Both the position numbers and the translations under genes were made by a program. This document shows positions 18,527 through 26,788 of a DNA stretch of 64,000 nt, one piece after another. This stretch comes from Hyphomicrobiales bacterium (GTDB lineage: Bacteria; Pseudomonadota; Alphaproteobacteria; Rhizobiales; OSC116), in assembly GCA_002401855.1 (NCBI GenBank), contig NVUH01000010.1:19009-83008 (forward strand), in the 5' to 3' direction. A model generated the notes under the pieces. It was not told the origin of the DNA, did no database searches, and saw only the letters and a program-made list of their open reading frames with translations. Within the stretch, counting starts at the first letter, position 1. Each line of letters starts with the position of its first letter.

Positions 18527-20425
18527 ATGGGCAATTATAGCAAAATATATCAATCATGGCAGCAACAGCCAGAGGCGTTTTGGGCAGAAGCAGCAAAATT
18601 GATTGATTGGGTTAAACCTTTTGATAAAATACAAGGCGAGTTAGACGGGTTAGAGCGCTGGTATATTGGTGGACAATGCAATATGGCGTATAATTGCCTT
18701 GATCGACATGTCAATGCTGGGCTCGGCGACCAAGTGGCGTTGATTTATGACAGCCCGGTTACGGGTAAAAAACAGCAATTTACATATGCAGAATTATTGG
18801 TTGAAGTTGATGCCTTTGCTTGTGTGTTGCAAAATACGCAAATTGCCAAAGGTGATCGGGTGATTATATATATGCCGATGGTGCCCGAGGCGGCGATTGC
18901 CATGTTGGCTTGCGCGCGCATTGGGGCGATTCATAGTGTGGTGTTTGGCGGGTTTGCTGCACCGGAATTGGCGGCGCGAATTGATGATTGCGCACCTAAA
19001 TTAATAGTTGCGGCATCTTGTGGCATTGAGCCCAACCGCATTGTTGAATATAAGCCTTTATTGGATGAAGCGATTGATATTGCGGCGCATAAGGTAGAAA
19101 AAACCATTATTTTACAGCGCTCTGAACATGTCGCCATTATGCATGACGGTGTAGATGAAGATTGGCAAGAGCTGGTAAATACGGTTAAAGCCACTGATCA
19201 GCAATGTGCGCCCGTGGCTGTGCTGGCAACTGATCCGCTTTATGTGCTTTATACATCAGGCACGACAGGCACGCCAAAAGGTGTGGTACGAGACAATGGC
19301 GGTTATATGGTGGCGCTGAATTGGTCGATGAAGGCAATATATGACATTGATGCTGGTGATGTGTTCTGGGCGGCATCAGATGTTGGCTGGGTGGTTGGCC
19401 ATAGCTATATTGTTTATGGGCCATTGTTGCAGGGCGCAACTGCGCTTATGTATGAAGGTAAGCCCATCGGCACACCTGATGCTGGGGCGTATTGGCGGGT
19501 GATTGAAGAGTATAAAGTCAAAAGCCTATTCACGGCGCCAACGGCTTTGCGGGCGATAAAAAAGCAAGATCCCGAAGGTAAACTGATGGCTGATTATGAT
19601 TTGTCAGCGTTTGAAGTGTTGTATCTGGCGGGTGAGAGGGCTGACCCTGACACGATAAAGTGGGCAGAACAACATTTGAAAGTGCCAGTGATTGACCATT
19701 GGTGGCAAACAGAAACAGGCTGGCCAATTGCCGCTAACCCGATGGGCATTGAACAGCTGCCCGTTAAATACGGCTCCTCAGCTAAGCCAATGCCAGGTTA
19801 TGAAATTGTGGTGGTTGATGATGAAGGTGTTCCAGTTGCCGCAAATGCAACGGGCAATATATTGATCAAGCGCCCCATGCCACCAGGATGTTTGCCCACC
19901 TTATGGCAAGCGGATGAGGTGCTGAACGAAAAATATTATGCTAATTTTGAAGGTTATTATGAAACTTCGGACGCGGGATACTTGGATGAAGATGGCTATT
20001 TGTTCATTATGGCGCGGACTGATGACATTATCAATGTGGCGGGGCATCGTTTGTCAACAGGTGCGATGGAAGAGATTATCGCTGGCCATAAAGATGTTGC
20101 CGAATGCGCGGTGATTGGCATTGCCGACAAATTAAAAGGCCAGATGCCGATTGGCTTGCTTATTTTAAATGATGGGGTCAATAGGCCACATGAAGAAATA
20201 GAGGTGGAATGTCGGCAAATGGTGCGCGAGGTGATCGGCCCCGTGGCGGCTTATCGCACGTCTATTGTGGTTGAGCGTTTGCCCAAAACCCGCAGTGGTA
20301 AAATACTACGTGCGACAATGCGCAAGATTATTGATGGTGAAGCCTATAAAGTGCCCGCGACGATTGATGACCCTGAGATATTGGTTGAACTGACCGCGCG
20401 GTTTAAGGATGTGGGATTGATCTAG
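18527..20425 (+). CDS. acyl-CoA synthetase, propionate--CoA ligase-like (Acs/PrpE family)
   Basis: ORF 18485-20425. I prefer ATG 18527 (RBS ggaggg 9 nt upstream). AMP-binding motifs are YTSGTTGTPKG, YLAGER and TGWP, with a C-terminal PKTRSGKILR. The N-terminus resembles PrpE. Confidence 0.85.
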   Translation: MGNYSKIYQSWQQQPEAFWAEAAKLIDWVKPFDKIQGELDGLERWYIGGQCNMAYNCLDRHVNAGLGDQVALIYDSPVTGKKQQFTYAELLVEVDAFACVLQNTQIAKGDRVIIYMPMVPEAAIAMLACARIGAIHSVVFGGFAAPELAARIDDCAPKLIVAASCGIEPNRIVEYKPLLDEAIDIAAHKVEKTIILQRSEHVAIMHDGVDEDWQELVNTVKATDQQCAPVAVLATDPLYVLYTSGTTGTPKGVVRDNGGYMVALNWSMKAIYDIDAGDVFWAASDVGWVVGHSYIVYGPLLQGATALMYEGKPIGTPDAGAYWRVIEEYKVKSLFTAPTALRAIKKQDPEGKLMADYDLSAFEVLYLAGERADPDTIKWAEQHLKVPVIDHWWQTETGWPIAANPMGIEQLPVKYGSSAKPMPGYEIVVVDDEGVPVAANATGNILIKRPMPPGCLPTLWQADEVLNEKYYANFEGYYETSDAGYLDEDGYLFIMARTDDIINVAGHRLSTGAMEEIIAGHKDVAECAVIGIADKLKGQMPIGLLILNDGVNRPHEEIEVECRQMVREVIGPVAAYRTSIVVERLPKTRSGKILRATMRKIIDGEAYKVPATIDDPEILVELTARFKDVGLI

Positions 20426-20650
20426 CTACCTCTCTTTTTTACAACTCTCATACATTTCAGTGAGCGCTACAGCGGCCGTTCGAAGCCGCTGCCGTTTAAC
20501 GCGCGGTCGGCTAGCGCAGTATGCGAAGCGTATGGAGCGCACGCAAGTGTCAACAGAGAGGCTTAAGCCGAACGTATAAATGAAGTACCCGAGTGTTGGC
20601 AGGATGCTTCCCTGTATAGGCTGTTGCAAGACAGTTAGCTGGTTTTTAAT

Positions 20651-20750
20651 GCTCTGGAAGTTTGCATTTTTACGCCCACCTTTCGGTGGGCTAGTGAGCC
20701 CCTGCGGGCGCACGCCTCCGCGTGCTTGCTAAGCCACTCAGCCGCTGGTC
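20651..20750 (+). repeat. Mosaic repeat core copy B1 (hairpin cluster)
   Basis: Same as 3590-3688 except c->t at position 12, one extra a, and GCTTGC..GCAAGC replaced by GCACGC..GCGTGC, so pairing is preserved. Confidence 0.9.
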
Positions 20751-21000
20751 TCGTGCTGGTTCACCACCCAACCTAACCTCATTACGCTGAGTTGGCTCGA
20801 ATGTGTCGAAACTCCGTATTTCGGTGCACCCAACATATTCTGAATTAGCAGTGAGCAGCCCGATCGTGGCAAGAGAGCGGAGCGAACGCACGCAGTGCTA
20901 ACAGAGAGGCGCAGCCGAACGTATAAATGCAGACTTCCAGAGCCTCGGCAGTAGTGCTACCCAGTATAGGCTGTATAAAGACAGTTGGCTGGTTTTTGAT

Positions 21001-21075
21001 GCTCTGGAAGTTTGCATTATGTTTGGCACTGCGTGCGTTCGCTCCGCTATCTAGCTAAGCCACTCAGCCGCTGGT
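21001..21075 (+). repeat. Mosaic repeat core copy B2 (variant lacking the hairpin cluster)
   Basis: gctctggaagtttgcatt, then gcactgcgtgcgttcgctccgct (reverse complement of 20876-20898), then ctagctaagccactcagccgctggt. Confidence 0.85.
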
Positions 21076-21151
21076 GAAACGCAGATTCACCAGCCAACCT
21101 GACCTCATTAAACTGAGGTAGCGAGAGTGTGCCGAAGCTTGGAGCTTCGGT

Positions 21152-21189
21152 GCAAAAATAAAACCCGCAGAGGATGCCTCTGCGGGTTT
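21152..21189 (-). terminator. Rho-independent terminator after the DUF1013 gene (minus strand)
   Basis: 13-bp stem aaacccgcagagg / cctctgcgggttt with a 3-nt loop. On the minus strand it is followed by ttttattttt. Confidence 0.85.
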
Positions 21190-21218
21190 GGAATGTTTGA
21201 ATTCTGTGGTCACTCAGC

Positions 21219-21989
21219 TTAATCGTTGCCAAAGTTAGCAAATACGTCAGCGGCAGATGGAGCGCGTTCTTCGGCTTCGGCTTTTTTGGCTTCATCTAAG
21301 TCAAACAAATTATCGGCTGTGGCTTCTTCGGTTTCCACCACATCATCAATATGGCCAACAATTTCGGCAAAATGCTCATTGTCTTTTTTATAGGCTGGGG
21401 CTGTGGTTTCTTCGGTTGGCAATAATGTGCCAGCCGCAATGGCTTTGTCGCGTTCTTTGGCTACACGTGCTGCGGCTTTGGCAACAGCAGCATCTAGCTC
21501 GATTTGTTTACAGAGGCCAAGAGCAACTGGGTCAATCGGTTTGATGTTTTGAATGTTCCAATGGCTGCGCTCGCGAATGGCTTTAATGGTTGGCTTGGTG
21601 GTACCGACCAATTTCATCACTTGGCTGTCGACCAATTCGGGGTGAAATTTCACCAACCATAGAATGGAAGATGGCTTATCTTGACGGCGTGAAAGCGGTG
21701 TATAACGTGGGCCTTTACGGGTCTTGGCTTCTGGAATAACCAATTTGCGCTTGGCTAGAACCAGTTTGATGCTGTCATCATTCTGTGCAGCCTCAATTGA
21801 TTCGCGGGTTAATTCGCCAGATTGTATTGGGTCTTGGCCGCGTACGCCTTGTGCCACATCACCATCAGCAATGGCTCTCACTTCAAGTGGGTGAAGGCTG
21901 CAAAAGTCGGCAATTTGGTCGAATGTAAGCGCTGTATTGTCTACCAACCATACGGCAGTAGCTTTGGGCATTAAAGGTCCGTTACTCAT
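21219..21989 (-). CDS. DUF1013 family protein (cell-cycle transcriptional regulator TrcR-like)
   Basis: ORF 21219-22013. I prefer ATG 21989 (MSNGPLMPKATAVWLVDNT..., RBS ggagag). The highly conserved alphaproteobacterial DUF1013 N-terminal region is present, with an acidic C-terminal tail. Confidence 0.8.
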   Translation of the reverse strand: MSNGPLMPKATAVWLVDNTALTFDQIADFCSLHPLEVRAIADGDVAQGVRGQDPIQSGELTRESIEAAQNDDSIKLVLAKRKLVIPEAKTRKGPRYTPLSRRQDKPSSILWLVKFHPELVDSQVMKLVGTTKPTIKAIRERSHWNIQNIKPIDPVALGLCKQIELDAAVAKAAARVAKERDKAIAAGTLLPTEETTAPAYKKDNEHFAEIVGHIDDVVETEEATADNLFDLDEAKKAEAEERAPSAADVFANFGND

Positions 21990-22089
21990 ATGCTTCTCTC
22001 CTGTCTTTTGCAATCACTGCAAAAGCTATGTCTCGTCAATTATTAGGAATGGTTTTGTATAACCTAATTTTCCATAAATTAAAAGTAGT

Positions 22090-23094
22090 TTATATCTTCA
22101 ACATCAGTTTGCCAATATGTCGGCCATCTTCCATATATTTATGGGCTAGACCTGCGTCTTTTAAATCAAATATTTTATCGATAATTGGCTTGATTTTGCC
22201 TTCTTCTATAAGTGGCCAAATATACTTATATAATGCAGCGGCTATTTTTGCTTTTTCAGCTAAAGGTCGGTTGCGCAAGGTCGAGCCTGTTAAGGTGAGG
22301 CGTTTGAGCATAACGGGTAGAAAATCAACTTCGGCAATGGCGCCATTTAAATAGGCGATGTTGACAATGCGGCCATCATTTGCCGCCACTTGTACATTGC
22401 GATTGATATAATCACCGCCGACCATGTCTAAAATTACATCTACACCCTTGCCGCCTGTCTCAGCTTTTATGATGGCGGCATAATCCTCTTTTAAATAGTT
22501 GATCGGAACCGCGCCCAAACTTTTAATGGTTGCGCATTTGGCGTCGCTGGCGGCAGTGGCAAATATTTTGGCAAATTTAAATTGCCGCGCTATCTGTATG
22601 GCGGCGACACCAATGCCGCTGCTGCCACCATGGATAAGCAAGCTTTCACCATCTTGTAAAGCGGCGCGGTCAAGCACATTATTCCACACCGTGAAATAAG
22701 TTTCGGGCAGGCTGGCGGCTTCAACAAAGTTTAAGCCTTCGGGTATGGGCAGGGCGGTGTCTTGATGAATGGTGGCATATTGGGCATAGCCACCACCTGC
22801 AACCAATCCGCAAACTTTATCACCAATTTGATATTTATCAGCGGTGGCCGATTTATCGACCACAATGCCAGCTATTTCCAACCCTAAAATTGGTGATGCG
22901 CCTTTGGGCGGTGGGTAATGGCCGCGGCGTTGCAATATGTCGGGTCGGTTAACGCCCGCGGCCTCGACTTTTATGAGCAATTCAGCTTGTTGAATGTGCG
23001 GCACATTATGAGTGACAAGCTCTAACTCTTGCCAACTGCCAAAGCTATTGATGCGAATCGCCTGCATGGTTTTGGGTATGTGAAGGTTTGGCAT
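22090..23094 (-). CDS. NAD(P)H:quinone oxidoreductase (zinc-independent MDR, Qor/PIG3 type)
   Basis: 334 aa with GVNRPD, PPKGASPILGLE and GGSSGIGVAAIQ (Rossmann motif). Confidence 0.85.
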   Translation of the reverse strand: MPNLHIPKTMQAIRINSFGSWQELELVTHNVPHIQQAELLIKVEAAGVNRPDILQRRGHYPPPKGASPILGLEIAGIVVDKSATADKYQIGDKVCGLVAGGGYAQYATIHQDTALPIPEGLNFVEAASLPETYFTVWNNVLDRAALQDGESLLIHGGSSGIGVAAIQIARQFKFAKIFATAASDAKCATIKSLGAVPINYLKEDYAAIIKAETGGKGVDVILDMVGGDYINRNVQVAANDGRIVNIAYLNGAIAEVDFLPVMLKRLTLTGSTLRNRPLAEKAKIAAALYKYIWPLIEEGKIKPIIDKIFDLKDAGLAHKYMEDGRHIGKLMLKI

Positions 23095-23393
23095 AAAGAT
23101 CCAGACAAAAATTAATATATGTAGATTGTAAGTGATTCGTTTGCATTGTTAAATGGCCAGAATGAAACAGATAATTGTAGGTAATTGCTAAGAATTCATA
23201 GCTATTCTTGGCTAAACACTTGAATTTATATTATCCTTTAGTCTAATTTTTAACAAATAAGTGTAATATTAACTAATTTTTAATTGGTATTTATGTATAG
23301 TTAACTTGCGTAATGCAGATATAAACTTCGGTTCATAACTGTTGAATATTTTTTCATTGATATTCTCTTTTACGTCTCCCTATTAAACTTTAC

Positions 23394-23421
23394 GAGCCGT
23401 ATTTTTACGGCTCTTTTTTTT
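23394..23421 (+). terminator. Orphan Rho-independent terminator in a long AT-rich spacer
   Basis: Stem gagccgta / tacggctc with loop tttt, followed by 8 T. There is no plausible ORF upstream on the + strand. Confidence 0.7.
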
Positions 23422-23809
23422 ACAATAAAACAACAAATTTTAATATTTTTTGGCATTATTTTTTTGCTTGTGCAAAAGCTGCGCGCCTTTTTGTAAGAGG
23501 ATCTTAACTTATATTGTTGTTAGGTTTGACTTTTTTTGCTTACGATAGAAGCTATGGTCTTTTTTAAGTTTTCCCACATTTATACAAATGATAAATTTAA
23601 TTAAAATCCATTGCTTTTTCGCAATGATATGCCAATGTTTAGCGAATATGGTGCGCTTGTAAATGAGCAAGGATACGGGGTGAGAGGGGCAGATTTTTAC
23701 GTCTTCAGTTATCAACTGAAACGTTAACCATTTGTTAAGCTTCTTAAAGACTCGCCATAAGCAAAGGTATATATTAACTATACAAGTATTGAGTTAGGGC
23801 GTTATAAAA

Positions 23810-24337
23810 ATGAAATTATCGAATGATAAGAATAAGTTATCTGAAACTATAAATTTTGCTGAATTTTTTGCAGCTTCAAATCAATTCCAATCCCTATTTA
23901 ATGAGGGCATGGCATTGGTCGAGGAGACGGCCAATTATTTGGACGGTGATGGTCGTGTTCAATCACGCGAATTAAGCCGCCCACAAGCTTTGGCATATGC
24001 CTCTGAAAGCATGCGGCTCACCACGCGGTTAATGCAAATTGCCTCTTGGTTATTGTTGCAAAGAGCGCTTAAAAATGGCGAGCTTGGTATTGATGAAATT
24101 AAGCGTGATAGTAACCGCATTAAGTTGTCAAAACGGCGGGTTGATGATGTGACGACATTGATTGAGGAGTTGCCAGTGAAACTGATTGACCTCATTCATA
24201 AAAGTTTTGATTTACAGGTGAGATTGCAAAAAATTGATAGACAATTTTGGTCAAAGTTTGAAGAAACATCTAATCAAGAAATTGGTGCACGTGATCATTT
24301 TAATAAATTGGAAGCGGCATTTGGCCGAGGCAATTAA
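23810..24337 (+). CDS. rcdA: DUF1465 protein (regulator of CtrA degradation, RcdA-like)
   Basis: 175 aa. F..LF.E...L.EE...YLDG.GR......L.......YA.ESMRLTTRLMQ.ASWLLLQRA matches the DUF1465/RcdA family as I remember it. Confidence 0.7.
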   Translation: MKLSNDKNKLSETINFAEFFAASNQFQSLFNEGMALVEETANYLDGDGRVQSRELSRPQALAYASESMRLTTRLMQIASWLLLQRALKNGELGIDEIKRDSNRIKLSKRRVDDVTTLIEELPVKLIDLIHKSFDLQVRLQKIDRQFWSKFEETSNQEIGARDHFNKLEAAFGRGN

Positions 24338-24373
24338 GTGAATTGAAATACGCATTAAGCATTGTATTTAAGA

Positions 24374-24401
24374 AGCCAGACTATTGTCTGGCTTTTTTTT
24401 T
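24374..24401 (+). terminator. Terminator after rcdA-like gene
   Basis: Stem agccagac / gtctggct with loop tatt, followed by a T-run. Confidence 0.8.
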
Positions 24402-24430
24402 GAAATTTAGGTTTTTTTTGAAATAAGCCT

Positions 24431-24462
24431 CAAAAAAAACCCCTCAAAGATTGAGGGGTTTT
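24431..24462 (-). terminator. Terminator after rpmE (minus strand)
   Basis: Stem aacccctcaa / ttgaggggtt, with an 8-T run on the minus strand. Confidence 0.8.
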
Positions 24463-24489
24463 AAAGTATATAAGAAATGTTTGGTTATA

Positions 24490-24711
24490 TTAACCCAACA
24501 TGCCTTCGAAACGTTTGTTAAATTTATCAAGACGTCCGCCACGGCCAGTAAGCTGTGCGCCGCCGCCAGTCCAAGCTGGATGAGTTGATGGGTCAACGTC
24601 TAATACGAGCGTATCGCCTTCTTTGCCCCAAGTTGAGCGGGTTTCGCGGATGGTTCCATCTAGCATTTGAAGTTTAATCATATGATAATCTGGGTGAATG
24701 TCATTTTTCAT
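24490..24711 (-). CDS. rpmE: 50S ribosomal protein L31
   Basis: 73 aa: [20 protein letters not shown]...HPAWTGG. Confidence 0.9.
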   Translation of the reverse strand: MKNDIHPDYHMIKLQMLDGTIRETRSTWGKEGDTLVLDVDPSTHPAWTGGGAQLTGRGGRLDKFNKRFEGMLG

Positions 24712-24958
24712 TTTTATAACCTTACATTTTTAGAAAAACTATGAAGACTGACGATAACCGCAGCCAACTAGCCCTTAATGAATCTGTTTGCAGCTGATAT
24801 AGACTAGAATGGCCTATAAGACAAGCGGTTTTAGGCGATTGCACCGATATAAATGCGGCTGTTTTGCTTGTTATACTGATTATAATAAATAGCCATTGTT
24901 TTTTGAGCTGCTGAACCTATATATCTATTTCATACAGCTATTGAAGAAACGGGATCAT

Positions 24959-26764
24959 ATGAGCGATCAAACAGCAACTGATGAAAAACCTTCCGATAAA
25001 TCTCAAAAAAAATCAATGTTTGGTGATTTAAGCCCCATTATAAAATTACTACCTTTTGTTTGGGTGCAAAAAAAATATGTATTGGGTGCGGTGGTATTTT
25101 TAACCATTGCTGCGGCCACCACTTTGGTTTTGCCCAAATTAGTTGGCGGAATGGTTGAAAGTGGGCTTAGCGAGAATACAGAAGAAACTATTAATTTGAA
25201 ATTTATGCTATTTTTTGGTTTGGCGATTGTTATGGCCACTGCCAGCGCGTTTCGTTATTATTTCGTGATGTCAATTGGTGAGCGAGTGGTTGCTGATTTG
25301 CGGGCTAAATTTTATGAACAGCTTTTAAGGCTCGATCAAAAATTCTATCAAGAAAATTTAACTGGCGATTTATTGTCCCGTTTGTCATCTGATACGACCT
25401 CTATTAAATCGGCAGTGGGCGTGAGTGTGTCAATGGTGTTGCGCAATGGCTTTATTATGGTTGGCGCGGTGATTATGATGTTCACTACCTCTTGGTATTT
25501 AAGCTTTATGGTGGTGGCGGCCATCCCGATTATGATCATCCCTCTGGTGCTTATGGGCGGTAAGGTGCGGGTGTTGGCTAAGGATGCGCAAACTACGTTT
25601 GCCGAAACCACTGCCTATGCGGGCGAGACTTTGTCGGGCATTCATACTGTGCAGTCTTTCACCTATGAAAACCAAGCGGGTAAGAATTTTAAACAAAGTG
25701 TAGACATCGCGTTAAAGGTCGCAACCACGCGGATTACTGCCCAAGCGCGGTTGATCGCCATTAGCATATTTATGGTCTTCGCATTGGTGGTTGGTATTTT
25801 GTGGATGGGTGCTAATGCAGTGCTTGATGGCTCAATGGGCTTGGCAGATCTATCAGAATTTGTAATTTATGCGATATTGGCCTCGAGCAGCTTGGCGGCA
25901 ATTAGCCAAGTGTGGGGCGAGATTCAGCAAATGGCAGGTGCGTCTGACCGCATCATGCAGCTATTGGATATGACACCTGGCATTGACGTGCCTAAAAATC
26001 CTATTCAATTGACCGAGGAAATTAGCGGCATTGTTGAATTTGAAAATGTTGAATTTGCTTATAGTGAAAAAGACCTGCAATTGTTCAAAGATTTGAGTTT
26101 TAAGGTCAATCCCGGTGAGATGGTGGCATTTGTGGGCCCCTCAGGTGCTGGTAAATCGACCATATTTAACTTATTGATGCGATTTTATGACATTAATAAC
26201 GGTAAAATTAGCATTGATGGTCATAAGATTGGTGATTTAGATCCGAAGGTTTTGCGCAATCAATTTGCCACAGTGCCGCAAGAAGTGATGATTTTTGCCA
26301 CCAGCGCGATGGAGAATATTCGCTTTGGCCGTATTGAAGCAAGTGATGAAGAGGTGATTGAAGCGGCTAAAGCTGCTGAAGCCCATGATTTTATCATGCG
26401 CACTTCTGACGGTTATAACACCGCATTGGGCGAGCGCGGCATGGCGCTTAGTGGCGGCCAGCGCCAACGTATTGCCATTGCACGGGCGATTTTGCGTGAT
26501 GCGCCTATATTGTTGCTGGATGAGGCGACCAGCGCTTTGGATAGCCAATCTGAGAAAAAGGTGCAAAAGGCACTAGAGAATTTGGCAAAAGGCCGCACCA
26601 CGCTTATTGTGGCGCATAGATTGTCAACCATCAGAGATGCTGACCGAATTTTGGTGATTGATAATGGCGAGATTGTCGAGCAGGGCGATCATCAAAAACT
26701 GATGGCACAAAAAGGCACTTATGCGAAACTTGTGCAGTTGCAAACACAGGATATTGTGGCTTGA
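24959..26764 (+). CDS. ABC transporter, fused permease/ATPase (ABCB / MsbA-ATM1-like exporter)
   Basis: ORF 24896-26764; I prefer ATG 24959. Six-TM domain, then Walker A GPSGAGKST, signature LSGGQRQR and Walker B ILLLDEATS. Confidence 0.9.
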   Translation: MSDQTATDEKPSDKSQKKSMFGDLSPIIKLLPFVWVQKKYVLGAVVFLTIAAATTLVLPKLVGGMVESGLSENTEETINLKFMLFFGLAIVMATASAFRYYFVMSIGERVVADLRAKFYEQLLRLDQKFYQENLTGDLLSRLSSDTTSIKSAVGVSVSMVLRNGFIMVGAVIMMFTTSWYLSFMVVAAIPIMIIPLVLMGGKVRVLAKDAQTTFAETTAYAGETLSGIHTVQSFTYENQAGKNFKQSVDIALKVATTRITAQARLIAISIFMVFALVVGILWMGANAVLDGSMGLADLSEFVIYAILASSSLAAISQVWGEIQQMAGASDRIMQLLDMTPGIDVPKNPIQLTEEISGIVEFENVEFAYSEKDLQLFKDLSFKVNPGEMVAFVGPSGAGKSTIFNLLMRFYDINNGKISIDGHKIGDLDPKVLRNQFATVPQEVMIFATSAMENIRFGRIEASDEEVIEAAKAAEAHDFIMRTSDGYNTALGERGMALSGGQRQRIAIARAILRDAPILLLDEATSALDSQSEKKVQKALENLAKGRTTLIVAHRLSTIRDADRILVIDNGEIVEQGDHQKLMAQKGTYAKLVQLQTQDIVA

Positions 26765-26788
26765 TCAAAAATATAAACGGGGTGAATT

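Larger units (their letters stand above)
20430..21151 (+). repeat. Intergenic mosaic repeat, locus B (two tandem units, period ~347 bp)
   Basis: The string ...agagagg....gccgaacgtataaatg.ag... recurs at 20556-20585 and 20903-20932. Core starts fall at 20651 and 21001. Fills the convergent spacer between the acyl-CoA synthetase and DUF1013 genes. Confidence 0.9.

Noticed and set aside
20471-20492. tRNA-like T-arm look-alike: gcggc-cgttcgaa-gccgc, containing GTTCGAA.
   Set aside because: The loop is 8 nt, not 7. No acceptor, D or anticodon arms can be drawn around it. It is just one of the small palindromic modules of the repeat.
20569-20585. A conserved promoter inside the repeat unit, with cgaacgTATAAAtg as a -10 box.
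   Set aside because: No conserved -35 element sits at proper spacing across copies. Locus A lacks the motif at the equivalent position (it reads gacttttaaatg). The evidence is too weak to call an internal promoter.
20430-21151. Possibility that the repeat loci are CRISPR arrays.
   Set aside because: There is no regular short repeat and unique spacer periodicity. The units are about 350 bp, modular and internally palindromic, and no cas genes are present in the window.
23269-23283. CtrA-box match TTAA-N7-TTAA (ttaactaatttttaa) in the qor/rcdA spacer.
   Set aside because: This is a single occurrence in a very AT-rich region where such matches arise by chance, and it lies more than 500 bp from the rcdA start. 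It is not sufficient evidence for a regulatory site.
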